From Ptychomitrium polyphyllum (taxonomy: Eukaryota): 64,000 nt of DNA. Below are positions 1-14,888 of the stretch, piece by piece; the stretch's first letter is position 1, and each line of letters opens with the position of its first letter. Position numbers and translations under genes: made by a program. The notes under the pieces were generated by a model. That model saw only the letters and a program-made list of their open reading frames with translations. It had not been told where the DNA came from and did no database searches. The stretch spans positions 12,028,001-12,092,000 of the forward strand of contig OZ316776.1 of assembly GCA_973851085.1 (NCBI GenBank), given 5' to 3'.

Positions 1-665
1 AGTAACTAGATATAGATCCAGCAGGCTTCTAGTCACTTCCAGTACACACCTGCAAAAACGTGAGCTTCACCATAGACTTAGTGGGCGAGCAAACTCCAAA
101 CTAGTGCATGTGTTGCAATCGTTGAGGCCTCAGCAGATACAGTAGAGCAGTCTGCCAGACAGGGATTAGATTGATCAGTTATGCGTTTCGTCATCTTACA
201 GCCAGATATATAGGTGGGACTGTCCAGTGCTTGTTTCATGGCTGGAGACTCAAAGCACTCGGCTTGGCTCGGAAAGCAGGTATGCCTGACCCTGCACTAG
301 GCGATTCACCACATCATATTCCCCAAATTCCCTGCTGTGCGTGGAAGGTAATGTATTATCAAGTTCCTTGAATGACTTATTAGCTACCACGTGCTCTGTC
401 ACTGGCGACCGTGGACTTTTTGACCCCTCCAGCTTATGTTAAATAAGAACTGACTCAGAGAATCCTGGAAAGAAAAGAATAGCCATATAGGGGCTTATCA
501 CACGAGAGGAAATCCTTGAAACTAGGCTTCTCCCGTTGGTCTGCATTGGTTGTTGCTTGTGAAGAAGTCAAGGGAGTTGTAAGAATGACTTGGACTAATC
601 TCTTAGCTTAAGATTTTATATTGGATTATGCTTTGGAACTTGCATGGTAGTAAAGTAAAGTGACA
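1..665. mobile_element. Possible partial LTR truncated by the window edge
   Basis: Moderately GC-rich non-coding block ending in ...GTAAAGTGACA (TGTCAC on the minus strand, the same terminus as other LTRs here), followed by an abrupt switch to AT-rich DNA. The other end and a TSD are not visible. Confidence 0.3.
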
Positions 666-1730
666 TAGCATAATAAATATAACTCAATATTATTACAGAT
701 AAGTGTCTGAAAATTTATAAATTAAAGAAAAAAGAACATGAAAAGAAGAAATAGAATGTCATGTAAAAATAGCCATGAAACTTTCTCTACCTATTGTATT
801 GCATTGTCCTTAAACTATAATACAAACATGAGGCCTAGGCACCATCATAATGTCCAAAATGTAATGCAATAGATTTTTGAAATAAAAATTGTAAGTAAGG
901 TGGAAATATTAGAATTTGTAATTGAATCATCTAAAGGTTTTCTTTTCAAATTTGGTTTTTCAACTAATTGTGAAAGATGATGCAATGATGCTTGGAAGCA
1001 TTGTATATTACCTTTAACATCTTTTATAGTACTTTACATTGTCACTTCTTTATCATTAATTTTATGGACATTCAATTTCAAAATTAAAATATAGTAAATA
1101 AAAACTGGACTTAAAAGGTGGATTTCTTGAGTTTTTTAGCTTAGATTTTATTTATTGCAATTATAAATTATTCAATTACATCAATTTTTAAAATGATTAA
1201 TTACGTAAAACCAACAAAGTTGATTTTTTTAACTTTCAACCTTGAACAATTCAAAAGATGAGCCAAATATACAAGTAAAAAATAACAAGGTGAATAATAA
1301 GAAATATCAATAATGTTAAAAGATGAAAAAATAGTAAATACTTACAATCTTTGTTGAAGTTTAAATATGCAAGTAAAAGAAGCATGAAAATTAAATTTCT
1401 ATTCTAAAATTAAAATAGAAATTTCATGCCAAATCCCTTTATCAATGTACACAACTTCCAACCACCTTAAAATTAGCAAAGTTATTTTTCAAACAAACAA
1501 ATTTATTTATTTCCAAAACTTCAAGCAATATTTGAATTCCTATCTAATAAGAAATAAAAGCCCAAAGAATTCAAATCTACTTGCACACTTATGAGACATT
1601 ACACCAAGCTAGAGGTGGCAAGCAATGTACCTTATAGCACTAGCAACCATAATAGTCTGCATAACAAATTACATTCCTTCAATTCATCAACTTCAAGACA
1701 TTTATTCTAAAATAATATATTAGGATAATT

Positions 1731-2137
1731 TTTCATAGTAACATACATCCATAGTATAGAAAAATGTCATAGAAAGATGCTTTAGGACGCTCTTTCACGA
1801 TCGCATACATTGACAATATAGTTGGATGTCTTAAGATATCTTTCATAGCAACATACATCCAAAACATAGAAGAGTGTCCTAAGATTCCCTTTCATAGCAG
1901 CATACATTCATAACATAGAGGAATATCTTAGAATTTCCTTTCATAGTAACATACATCCACAGCATGGAAGAGTATCCTAAGATTTCCTTTTATAGCAGCA
2001 TACATCTACAACATAGAGGAGTGTCTTAGGATATTGTTTCAAAATAACATACATCTAAAACATTAGAAAATGTACCAAAATACCCTTTCAAAATAACATA
2101 CATCCATAACATAAAGGAGTGTCCTAGGATACTCTTT
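1731..2137. repeat. Degenerate 49-bp minisatellite upstream of WDR5
   Basis: Unit ~TTTCATAGCAACATACATCCATAACATAGAGGAGTGTCCTAAGATTCCC recurs at 1841, 1890, 1939, 1988, 2037 and ~2086, with more diverged copies from 1731. Confidence 0.85.
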
Positions 2138-2923
2138 AAAAGTTGCATACATGCACAACATTAGCACAAGAACCTACTTGCAAAGCCGAAGCCACGAAGG
2201 CAGGGCACATACGTACATACAGAGTGAGAGAGACCAAGGTGAGGCGTGGGCCGAGCAGAGCATTCACCGAGAGCGTCGCCATTTCCGAGGCGCTTCTGTG
2301 TGCAGCTGCATTTTGCGCTCTGTAGCGTCGCTCGTATTTCGCGCACTTGCAGCGCTGCGGCAGTGGAGCGGTACTGTGCGTGTCCAGTGCGCTACTCCCT
2401 CGCGTTTCTTGTTTTCCCTGCAGCACACTTTCCAGGTTTTCACATTCGCTGAGGTGTGGGGCATTACGTATTGAGTTAGTAATCTGTAGTCCACAAGCAG
2501 AGAGGTCCATTGCGTGTGTGCGTGCTTTGTTTCGGGCATCAGCGGTTCGTTGCGGGCGACCATGGAAGTTCGAGCAGGGATGGGAGTGTAGGTTGTGGGA
2601 TTGGTGGTTGCAGTGGCGTTGCGGGTGAGGGCGCTCGTTGCTGTTGCGTTTGAGGTTCTGGGGGATTTAGGGTTTAGGGTTTTCACCCATGTTCAGGATT
2701 TCGTCGGTTGAGGGACTTAGGGGTGTCGTTCGGATCGATTGTGACTGAAATCCTCTTTGGGTGTGAGATCTTGGTTTTTTTTTTTTTTATTGTATTTCTT
2801 CTTCTCTTCTTTTTTCTTTTTTCTTTTTTGATTTTTTGAATTTTTGAATTTTTGTTTCGCTGGTTTGCCTTGTATGTTGATTTGGAGGGTTCTTTTGGAG
2901 ACGAGTGAGGTAGCACGGAGTAG

Positions 2924-4329
<1,406 letters not shown>

Positions 4330-5180
4330 GTTTTCATCTGGAATTACCGTATCATGTCCGTCCCTTGGCTAAAGCATGTTTCCTCATCTACATAAAAACA
4401 AGATTAACGATAGGTTACACAGGAGCTAGTGAGTTTAGAATCATAGAACTCGTGGACGTGTCTATGTACAATTTAAGCTTTGAGCGATCAAAGGTGATGC
4501 CGGCTGAACTGGGAAGAGCTTTTCCCGATTGAATTTTGTAAAGAGGTTTCTTAAATACCTTGTGCTCGACTGCTCACCAGTTTGTATTTTTTAGCCGTTA
4601 CCAACAGTATTACCTGCTATTGTGTTTGATTTGGGTTTTTGAAATTTTTGCAACTTCGACATCAATGAATGGCTCTTGTATGACCTCGTTTCTATTGTAG
4701 TCGAAGTCCTTAGTTTGGATCAATTATCTGTACTTACTCCTGACCCATTTTCTTTGCGAAGGACATAACATTCTGACAGATTCAAGGGCAATATAATTTC
4801 AAAAAGTTGGGAACGTTGTGTCTTCAACAGCCGAACACATAGGTGTTGTCAAGAACATGTTTGCTTTACACTTGTTTACAAATATTTTGTACCCTAAATT
4901 TTTGCAGTTAGGTTTTTGTTGTCAATATTGCAGAAACTTTTGCTATCTAGCAACTAAGGTCTCTATGGATGTCCTTGCCATGTCAAGTTGAAGCTCCTTC
5001 AGATCAGTTTGATGTAGTAGACATAAATATTCATATGTGAGTTTTGATGCTTCCGGGAGCACACTTGTGACTCGACATCAGATGCACGAATCTCACCACC
5101 TTTATGAAGACGGTTATGCTGCAGATACACGGTTCTAATGGAATGATCTATTGAGCCTGGAAAGAGAGGAACAGGTTGGA

Positions 5181-6381
5181 ATGGCTGCGACGCCAGCCGC
5201 GCCAAAACCTGATGCGTCAGCCGCACCGCCACCTGAGCCGCCGAAGAAGGTTAAAAAACCGAAGCCGCCTAAGCCGATAAAACGGAGCGATTCGGTCCTC
5301 GCACGAGATAAACAGCAAAATTTCTCTCGTGTAACTGCCTCTCTATCCTTTCGTTTTTTGTATGTGCACTACGATTTCAGCATGCGCTTCTCTCTCTGGA
5401 CATGTGTTCCTGGTTAGTTTATTGGTCTTTCTCATGGCTTGTGGGATGGGTGAGATGGCAGAACGAGGTAGAGCACACCATCAAACGGATAGCATCACAT
5501 CGAGGTATGTAAGCACTAACCTACACCCAAGTCACTGTAGGGAAGTATATCTTTTGAAAATGGAGATTCTGAAATAGAATTCGAATGGATTCCGTGTGAA
5601 TTTTTCGCATGTAGGAGTCGTGGGGACGGTGCTCGTTGACAAGCACTGTGTACCTCTAAGAAGTTCTATGGACAAAGCCAGTTCTCAACAGGTAAGGCAT
5701 TGAATTACAATTCACTTCCACTTAATCCCTTGTTGAAGATATCCAATTGTTTTGGGGAAGAATAGAGGTTTCGAAATTAATTCTCCGAGCTTTTCTTGTT
5801 CCGAGGCTCTGAGTCCTAAACACTTTAAACTTGTCACAACACATCCTGGTACTTCCTCAGTTTAGAGTACCAGGAGAAGTGCACATAGATTATCGATTCC
5901 AGATTTGGACTTAATTTGTTGATGTTGGGCGAGTGCTTGTGGAACAGTATGCGGCCTTCATCACTCCATTGATACATCGAGCACAGATGATTTGTCTTAA
6001 CCACGACCAAATGGTATTGCAATCCTCACCCTTACCGAACTGAATGCTGGGACTGGTTTATAATTTTATGTCTGGTTTTTAAGTGAATTGAAATTTGCTT
6101 CCTTTAGTTGCTGCTGGTATACCCATTAGTATTTGGTAAAACTAAGATCCCTTACCACTTGTCTGAAGAATGTTGCAGATTGCATTTTGTGAAATGTCTT
6201 CTTGTTGATCGAAGAAACAATGGATGCGTAGTTCCGGATCTAATGAGTTATGAGGGATGTGCAGAATCCTCTGACAATGTTTCGGCTTCGGACGAACACA
6301 ACAGAGATCATTGTAACGCCTGACGAAAATCTTTATCTCATTGCGGTTCAAAAGACTTCCCATGCTGCGGATGCCACTTGA
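5181..6381 (+). CDS. Roadblock/LC7-type dynein light chain with Pro/Lys/Ala-rich N-terminal extension, 150 aa, 5 exons
   Basis: Exons 5181-5330, 5462-5504, 5615-5691, 5948-6013, 6265-6381, all GT-AG and frame-consistent. The spliced core NEVEHTIKRIASHRGVVGTVLVDKHCVPLRSSMDKASSQQYAAFITPLIHRAQMICLNHDQMNPLTMFRLRTNTTEIIVTPDENLYLIAVQ aligns by eye to the DYNLRB/LC7 pattern (EVEETLKRIQSHKGVIG...QYAGL...[29 protein letters not shown]). Confidence 0.88.
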
Positions 6382-7751
6382 TTCTTGTCGCACACCATTT
6401 GAGCATAACTACTGACCATCTCCTATAGTACAAAATATTGTCACACCAGTTATCACCAATCTTGGACATTGTGTGTGTTTCAGAATGGTTGGATCCTGAA
6501 AATGTGAGATTTTTTGTACACCTTGCAATTAGCACATAAATCTATTTAAACTGAAAAATATTGTTATTCACTGTTCACATATTTCTAGAATCTCCAACGC
6601 CTTTTTGAACCTGTTATGGAGAACCCTTTTAAGCAATATAACTTTTCCAGATAATGAACTTCTCATGCTCATAGGAATGACATAGTGATGGATAGACTAT
6701 TGTAGGTGATGAGCAACTCTCCGCCTACTAATTTATACATAATTAACAAAATGTTGGTCAAATCAGGCAATTAACAAAATGATGGCCTGATTAGGTAATC
6801 AGGCACTCTTACAAAGTCTTTTCTAAACTTAGACATATTTGGTCGATTTTTTAACATTCGGCATTTCCTGATGCCTAAGCTTTTAGAAATTTCTAAAGGT
6901 AGAGAGGTTCATTATATTGTTGGAGTTTGCATAAATTCCTTTTTTAGTTAACTTTATAGAATTTATCTGAAAGTGGGAAAGATGATGTAGGAGACTTTTT
7001 AAATGAATAGAACATTCAAAAAAAGCTTAGAAATTAAGTACATGGATGGTGTTGTTCATTCAAATTTAATTTAGTTTCAAAAGTCCAATTATTTAGTTTA
7101 AATTGGTTTTATAGTACTTTAGATTTAATTTGATTTCGTTTTTCATATATTTGCAATTCTGCTTGATTTAAGTTTTAAAATATTTACTGAAATATTATAC
7201 AATTTAATAAATAAAATGGTTTTTGAAAACATACCCTACCTTTGGTAAATATTATGGAAAAGTAGTTTTTAATGTTTTAAAGTTTTAGGCTTATGTTTTG
7301 TTCAATTTACAATATTAGGCAGTTTCCTACTTGGACTTCATGGGCAATCATCTTGCTTTTAAATTACAATATTTTTAATTCAACAAGTGTTATAGTATGG
7401 TGTTTATATCATGTTGTGTCTTATTAGATTTTAAGCGTTATTTCAAGAAAAATTCAAATTCACAATATAAATGGAACAATTATATTGCAAATAAAATATT
7501 GAACATATATAATTTAGCAAATTCTCCTTATTGTATAAAGCAATTATGTTGCATTATGTTGATTGTTCTTCATTCAATTTTAAAGTGCCACTATTTGTAC
7601 TCTCTATATAAAACTTAAATATTTTTTTAAAAATATACTATTTTTTTTTGAGTTTCTATTCATATAACTTTAGATTCTACAACCTAAATTTAGTATCTAA
7701 CATCCCTTCTATGTTGTCCTATGTCAAATTCTATAAAGTCTAGAGGTTATA

Positions 7752-8915
7752 TGTCACAACCCTTGAAATGCACTTTAGCAAGTGTCACGCGCGTCAACCC
7801 TGTATACCCCCACATGCATATGGTTAACCCCCATTCTCACTCTCCAAGTCCCAAGCTGGATTTTTAATTCCCTTTACCACTTCTCTTAGGACATCCAATT
7901 GATTGGTAGCCAATGGTTAGGTGCGGACTTCCATTCATGTCCAAGGCCTCACTTGGTGTTACTTCCATTCCACACGGCCTAACCGCACTTAATGGTGTCT
8001 CCTCACCACCACTCATGATCCCCATATGATCCTAAGATCACCTCGGGCCATTATGGTGCCGGCGTGAAGACACCACCCCAACTTGGTGGTAACAAGCGTA
8101 CCCTTTTAAACATACTAGTTTCCTCCGTGAAACCCGCCATCTTCCGGCTCACAATGGTGTGGGAGTCCCCATGGTAAAGCTCCAACTTTAGCTCCACCAA
8201 CCGGGAGTCACCCTTGGTCTCTACCGGAACACTAGGGGAGTGGGGAGGAGAACCAGCCCTCCCTTATAGTACTCTCTGTGGGATTCGGCAGGCCCCCTGG
8301 CCCTCTGTAGCTGGCTGAATCCCGACACACCTAAAGTTTTGGAAGACCACCCAATCTCCCTTGGGACTTAGCCGCTGGAAGCCTCCAAGACTCCCAGCGG
8401 ACCTTCAGGGAGCCATATCTTCCTTATCCGGTGCCCAAATGTATTAAGCAACCACTCTATCGTCATCTTCTCTTCACAAAGATGCCGATAGACTCCTCAA
8501 ACGTTTGATTTGAGTTAGTATTGTGGGAGATACGCCTCTCCCAAGGTTCGGGACTCCCGGGGAGTCCCTCCCTGGACTGTCCACTCCAGTACAGTCACTG
8601 TGTAGGGCTGCCACAGTCCAGAACAGCCCCTTGGCAACCCCAACTTTGGAATGCCATAACTTTTAGCTCCCTTCTCCGATTCGAGCAATCTTTAGCATTT
8701 TAGAATCAGCTCTTTGTGATTCCTCCAATGTCCATGATTTATCCCTTGTGGCCCTCGGTCTGCATGGGCAAGGATGTTTCTCCCCCTAGAGGTCCTTCCC
8801 ACACTAGGCCCACTCAGTTCCCTTCACTTTTGGCGCCACAAGTCCCGGACGTCACTCCGAGGTCCTCCTTGTGCCCTTAGTGTTGCGGGCACTCGTTAAG
8901 GAGAGGTGCGCAACA
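7752..8915. mobile_element. Probable solo LTR (~1.16 kb), different family from the element at 47-53 kb
   Basis: GC-rich non-coding island in AT-rich flanks; starts TGTCAC, ends ...GCGCAACA; flanking 5-mers TTATA/TTGTA (one mismatch) fit a decayed TSD. Confidence 0.5.
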
Positions 8916-11900
8916 TTGTATATAGTTTATATGTAGGTTAGTTCTATATAGGACTGTGATATAGACTACATAGTGGTTAAAATATAAGAATATATATGTT
9001 TCATTTCTATCTTAAGCATGTTATTATAGTGGTGTTAATATGATATTATATTAATTTATGTATTAAGTATATTAATTGAGAGCCAGTTATTAAGATGGTC
9101 ACCAAAAAGACTTGGTCGTAAAGATTACAATAAAATTATATTGAGTAATAGTGGCAAAAATATGAAGGCTTACCATAGGATGAAATAAAGAAGCTTCTTG
9201 TGTACTTAAATGTAGAGGCTTTACATTAAACCAATTGTAAAGATGTTTCACTGAATTCTATAGATATTCAATTCTAATGAATCATTTGTAAGCCAAGGAA
9301 GTAAGGGTAAAGAATTAGAAATTAGATAGAAAAGATAATTTGTATTGGTAAGCATTTGGAGAAAATTTGGAAACTACTAGGATGTCTTTTAAGGATTTGG
9401 TATGTTGAGTGTATTTGAAAGATGTTGAGATGTATTATGTACATAAATTTGCAACATTTATTTTGATATATTAAGTTGGCAAAATTTTGGTTTTACATTT
9501 TTGCTCATTATGCATGATTGGTGAATCATCTAAGTGTAAGAACGATTTTTAGTTTTATACTAAAAGATGATTTTTTAGTGAAGTATAGTACCAAACTACA
9601 AAGTTTGAAGGCTTGATATTTACTAAACGAGGATTTACGGAACGCTATATTAAATGAGATTTTAGCCTTACGTAGCCAAGGGCTTAAGAGGTGAACTTTG
9701 AAATATTGGTCTTTCAAGAATACTCACTATAGCTACAAAAGCTTGAAATTTATTAGGCATGAGTTTGAAGAAATGGTTAAAAAGATACTTGAACTTGAAA
9801 AAATGAATATAAATAAGATAAGTAACTTTTAAACTACCAAAAAGAGAAACGCCTAGGGAACCTAACAAACCGTACCCAACCCATGTTGACAGCAAGTTCC
9901 CACCTAAGACCACTTAATCCTTTCACAAACAAGCATTCCATGCCCTTGTAAGGACTCGCATTCAATAGCACTTTTGTCATCGTCCTTGTGAAAAACATCA
10001 AAATCAATTGCTGGCTAGTCCATTTTTGTCTGCTATCCTAACATGGAATCATGCATTGGTATAAATATTTCACAAAAGCTCAAATCAGAGGAACGGTTTA
10101 CAGGTACACTTAACTGGAGCTGGAATCATTACCTACCATAATTCATAACCACAGTTCAAAGCAGAATGATTTCATAACAAAAATTATTGCAATATGAGTG
10201 TGTAAGGTAGGTGTGTGTTAATTTCATAAAATTCAGACACAAATTTCCTTGTCATGAATTGATGTCATTTAAAGTTTCTTCAGCAGTTGTTGTGAATGCT
10301 ACTGCCGAAGAACATTCTTGAATGAACAACAAATGAGTGTGAGGGCATATGGTTATGGATGTACCCAAATATAATTCTAGTCTAATGGCTTAATGCGTAA
10401 ACTTCTTCAATTTTTGGTTAAACATATATTTCAATAAGAATTGAACCTTTAAAAAATAGACTGATTCATTTGAAAAAAGGGCCTTTACATCTTCAAACCA
10501 CCACTTCTCACATATCTGGGTTGTGTAAAAATCAAATACATGCATTTACACTGCCAACCTTTTTGAAACTTTCTCCGTAAGTACAATCATCGTTGTTGGA
10601 TTCAAATTTCAGAAAAAACTCTGCAGAATTTTACTTGAATTCCAGTGTGTAAATTGTCTTGCCAGGATGTTTCGTAGTGAAGCCACGATGAGGTGCACAG
10701 AAGAAACAATACGTGTTTTGCCTCTTCTTCTCACTGAACTTACCCATTTCATTTTGACTTATGGTCATGCCTTGAATGCTTGATCCAACACCTCCCTGAA
10801 TCCTCTGTCTATCTGACCAAGGTGAAACTCACTTACACAAACATCATGAAGGCTATTATCTCTTATAAGTTATTAGCTATTAGCTCTTATAAGTTAAATG
10901 CACCAGGGTTGGTTGTCCTTGAACCACCAATCTAAAATATTACACACCCGTTTTTGGCAAGGTTATCTTTTGGGAAAAACATGGTAATAGGAAAGACATT
11001 TCTATGATGAACATAAATTTTTGGCAATTTTGTTTTGAGTATTGAATTATTGACAGGTACTTCAAGATCTACCATTATTGTGTAGGTTTCAAATATCCAA
11101 AGTATATGAGATTAGTTGTCACTTATGATATCGTAAATCACCACTTATTTCCTTCTAAGGCTTAGCATTCATTGATTTGCTTGTTCCCTGGCGAGTAACG
11201 AATTATAGTGAAAACTCTAGCACCTGGACATGTGAGAAGCGGTGGCTTAAAGAGAGCCTACCTCAACTTATATACTGACGAGAAGCACCAGGAGTCCTCC
11301 CAGCTTTTGGCTGCCGTATTGATGTTACGGTATCTTGCTGCTGGTGGCTGCCAGCGGGTCCTCAGTTATTGGCAGCATGCATCTGCAAACTTGAATGTGT
11401 GAGGCACATTATCACAATCCACCAAGCCTAAACAACGAATTGATAGTACGTATTGCGGTTTTCACATATTAGTAGTTCATGGCTATGGATCTGCAATGGT
11501 AGTGACTTATTTTACTTAAATGATATTATAGAAAATAACTCATTAAAATAATGTAATACATTTTGTTAAAAAGTGAGTACTATACATACAACTTTGTAGT
11601 GCTTCAAAACTTACCATGACACTTTTAAGTTTGTTGGCATGCTCGCATTATCATGATTTATTGTCCCCCCTCCACACCCACTCAGTGTACAAACACTACA
11701 CTTGCACAAAAGATAAACACTTTTATGGCTTCCATCTAGGAAACTATTTCATTTCCATCATGTTCAAGTTTCAAATGCAAAAATTTATATACTTCAGAAA
11801 ACGAAAATTTGAAAGTCTTTGCTATAAGCTTGACGTTTGGTAAATGTATTGAATAAGGTGAGGTGGATTACATAAACATTGGATGACAATGAAGAATTGA

Positions 11901-12403
11901 TTTTATGGTGGACATGAGCTCTAGCTAGTCATGGTCATAAAATATTCATCTTTAGAAAATTCATAACTAACTCAACTAATGTCTAGAAAATCATGATTCC
12001 ACTTCCATGTTTCTGTCACCTTTGAAATCTCGTATAGAAAAAAAAAAATTATAATAATTTAACAATCGAAACACAGTTGAATCTTTAGTCTAGTGATAAT
12101 AATAGGTTGGTTTACCTTATCATTGAAAATGAATTAGGGCTTGGATGGTTCATTATCGAAATCTACAATTGTCGATAGCTTGTCATGGATCATTCAAGAA
12201 GTTCTTAATTTAGTTCCTAAATAAACTATCTACAATAACATGTACTGAACAACTTTCACAAGTTTATTGCAGCGAATCACCTTGAAATAACTTTGTGATA
12301 GTTAGTTACAGGATGTAAATAGATTATGCCAACCACCAATGAACCAAGACCTGAAACTCAATGAATGATACACACCAACTTGTAAGGAACATCAACTACT
12401 GTA

Positions 12404-12575
12404 CCTTGTCATTGGAGCCTGACACAAACCACGATGCTTTAGTGCTCATAGCTCATTTTTTCAACGCTGTCAAGCAATCAACAGGGGCCATTTTTCCATC
12501 CAGCGTCTGATTCAGGTCGCTTACGACATCTGGTCTCTGACCAAAAATAATCTTCCTTGGAAGATGGGAGAATTT
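12404..12575 (-). pseudogene. Possible decayed exon with a WD40-like peptide
   Basis: Minus-strand frame ...DCLTALKK*AMSTKASWFVSGSNDK followed by a GT donor-like site; resembles a WD40 'SGSxDK' motif but has an in-frame stop. Confidence 0.2.
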
Positions 12576-14438
12576 ACTACAATAAAGATCGTAGTGAATC
12601 TTTGTTGTAGTGATAAATGTGCCTCGTGGTTATAGGTGCTCTATCTTAATACAAGTGGTAGACACAAGTGTAATAAGTTTTCAAGTTGCCACTGCATTGC
12701 AGTTGATGCAAAAGGCCCAATCAAGCAATATTGCATGATTTGTTTGTATAAGTATATATTTTCTTAAATTTTAGGCATTCTTATCCATTCTTTGGAATTA
12801 AAACGTATAAAATAATTTATAAAGTTAAATAAAATCCATGACATAAGAGATTTTGATCAAAATTTGAAATTTAATGATTTATGAGTTGGCCTTACACAAT
12901 CTAGAAGCATTTTAAATTTGATTTGGATTTGATATAGAGTGGTGCCAATCTTTTGATTTCTAGGTTTTTCTCTTCCTGGCCCTTTCCATTGCAAAACATA
13001 TTTTGAAGATGATTCATCAAATTATTTTTCTATCTTCGGGTTTGGTGTCATTCATCTATATATTTTACGACAATACAAATATTGAAGTATGTGAAACTTT
13101 AACCAAATCAAATTTGCATTAACTTTAGTTAAAAAGTGGCATTAACAAAAATAAAATAAAAATAAAGTCATAAATATTAGCAAATACAAATACATCAAAA
13201 AATTATCATATTAAGAATATTTCATTTTCAATCCAAGTCAATAGATTTTAATATAGAACTGTCACTACATTGAATGCAATCAAACTTCAAAGGAACTTTA
13301 TACTTTAAGTTTTAAAGTATTAAAAACATAAACTTATTATTATTTTTATTATTATTTTATTGGTAATAATAATTAGTAATTCCAACATCATATATAGCAC
13401 TTTTTAGTCAAAATCTATTGTTTCAATTTATTTATCAATTAAAAAACTTCCTTCAAGTAATAATACATGATATTTTATAAAAAGTTATTCACTTTAGAAG
13501 CAATATGCAATTTTTAGGATTTAATCAAGAAAGGTGCAAAAAACATGACCTGGAACAATAACAAATAATTAAGTAGTAAACAAACATTTTTTGTAAACAT
13601 TGTATACATTTCATCTACAAAAGAGTTATTTGTAATTCAAATAGCACATCACCACCATCATATTATTATGCTAAATTGAATAAAGAAATAAACTCTCTTC
13701 AAAAAAAGTATATAAGTTTTTATTTCTTGTGAACAATGTTATCGCTACAAAACCTAATAGACTACAAAAATCCAAAAATGCACCAAACATGCTTCAACAC
13801 TATAAAACATGACTCTATGCAATAGATAAGAACTCATGTGTCACGTGGAATTCAAGGCAATAGTGAAGCCTCTACAAACTTCCAGATTACTACTTCGTAA
13901 AAGGGGGAGCACTATGTAAAGCGTCCATAGGGCCTCCACGGGGGACTCCGCGGGGAAAGGGTACGCTAAACCCGCTTTAATACTCCTCTCACCAGTGAAG
14001 TGAAAAGGGAACGCCACGAAACCCAGTCGCTCAAGATCAAGGGCAACGTGTGAACAGAGCATCGCGGCAATAGAACCCCAGCCCATGGCCGCCCCACCAA
14101 TCACGACCCACTCGCTTGCTCGCTCTCACACTCACTCACGCACACACTGCAGAATGGAGGTAGGCAGGTAGGCGACCTGCCCCAACAGTTGTCGCCATCT
14201 GCCCGTCCCCGCAGGCGGCCTACCAGTAGTGACGCGTGACTTACGAGTGGTGAGCCGCGATTACTAGTAAAGAGTGCAGCGTCGTGGCCCACTGTGGCCG
14301 CGCTTGCTTTTCTCCCTGCCTTGCGAGAGCGTCAACGCGGACGTGCACTGAGGGAGAGTTTGGGATTCTCGCACCTGGGTTGTGTCGGGATCTCGGTTTG
14401 TTCACTTGGGTGTGATCGTGTTTTCGCTGTCGGGCGCG

Positions 14439-14888
14439 ATGGCCATGGAGACGGGAACAGGGGGAGGGATGCTGATGGAGTCCAAGAAGGCGGAGGAGGT
14501 GGTAACGGTTTTGTCCGGGGCGGCGTCGTTGGAGCAGGCGGTGGGGCTCTTGGTGGAGCACGGGCTACCTGACGGATTGCTGCCGATGCAGGACGTACTT
14601 GAGTGCGGGTACAATCGCGAGACGGGGTTTGTCTGGGTGACGCAGAAGAAGCCTATTGTGCACCATTTCAAGCAAATTTCCAAGCAGGTCAGTTACGGGG
14701 ATAAGATCACGGCGTTTCTGGAGAAGGGGCGGCTCAAGAAGCTCACGGGCGTCAAGGCGAAGGAGCTCTTCTGGGTGTCCATTGTGGACATCGCCATGGA
14801 TGAGACTGATAAGGAGAAAATATTTTTTAAGAGCTTCACGGGTATTGGAAAGAACTTCCCCGTGAAAGCCTTCGTTAAGGGAGCGTGA
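14439..14888 (+). CDS. DUF538 family protein, 149 aa, intronless
   Basis: GLPDGLLPMQDVLECGYNRETGFVWVTQKK...VSYGDKITAFLEKGRLKKLTGVKAKELFWVSI matches the plant DUF538 pattern; first in-frame ATG at 14439. Confidence 0.9.
   Translation: MAMETGTGGGMLMESKKAEEVVTVLSGAASLEQAVGLLVEHGLPDGLLPMQDVLECGYNRETGFVWVTQKKPIVHHFKQISKQVSYGDKITAFLEKGRLKKLTGVKAKELFWVSIVDIAMDETDKEKIFFKSFTGIGKNFPVKAFVKGA

Noticed and set aside
2136..2916. Multiple overlapping ORFs upstream of WDR5
   Set aside because: GC-rich promoter/5'UTR plus a poly-T tract; no recognisable domains.
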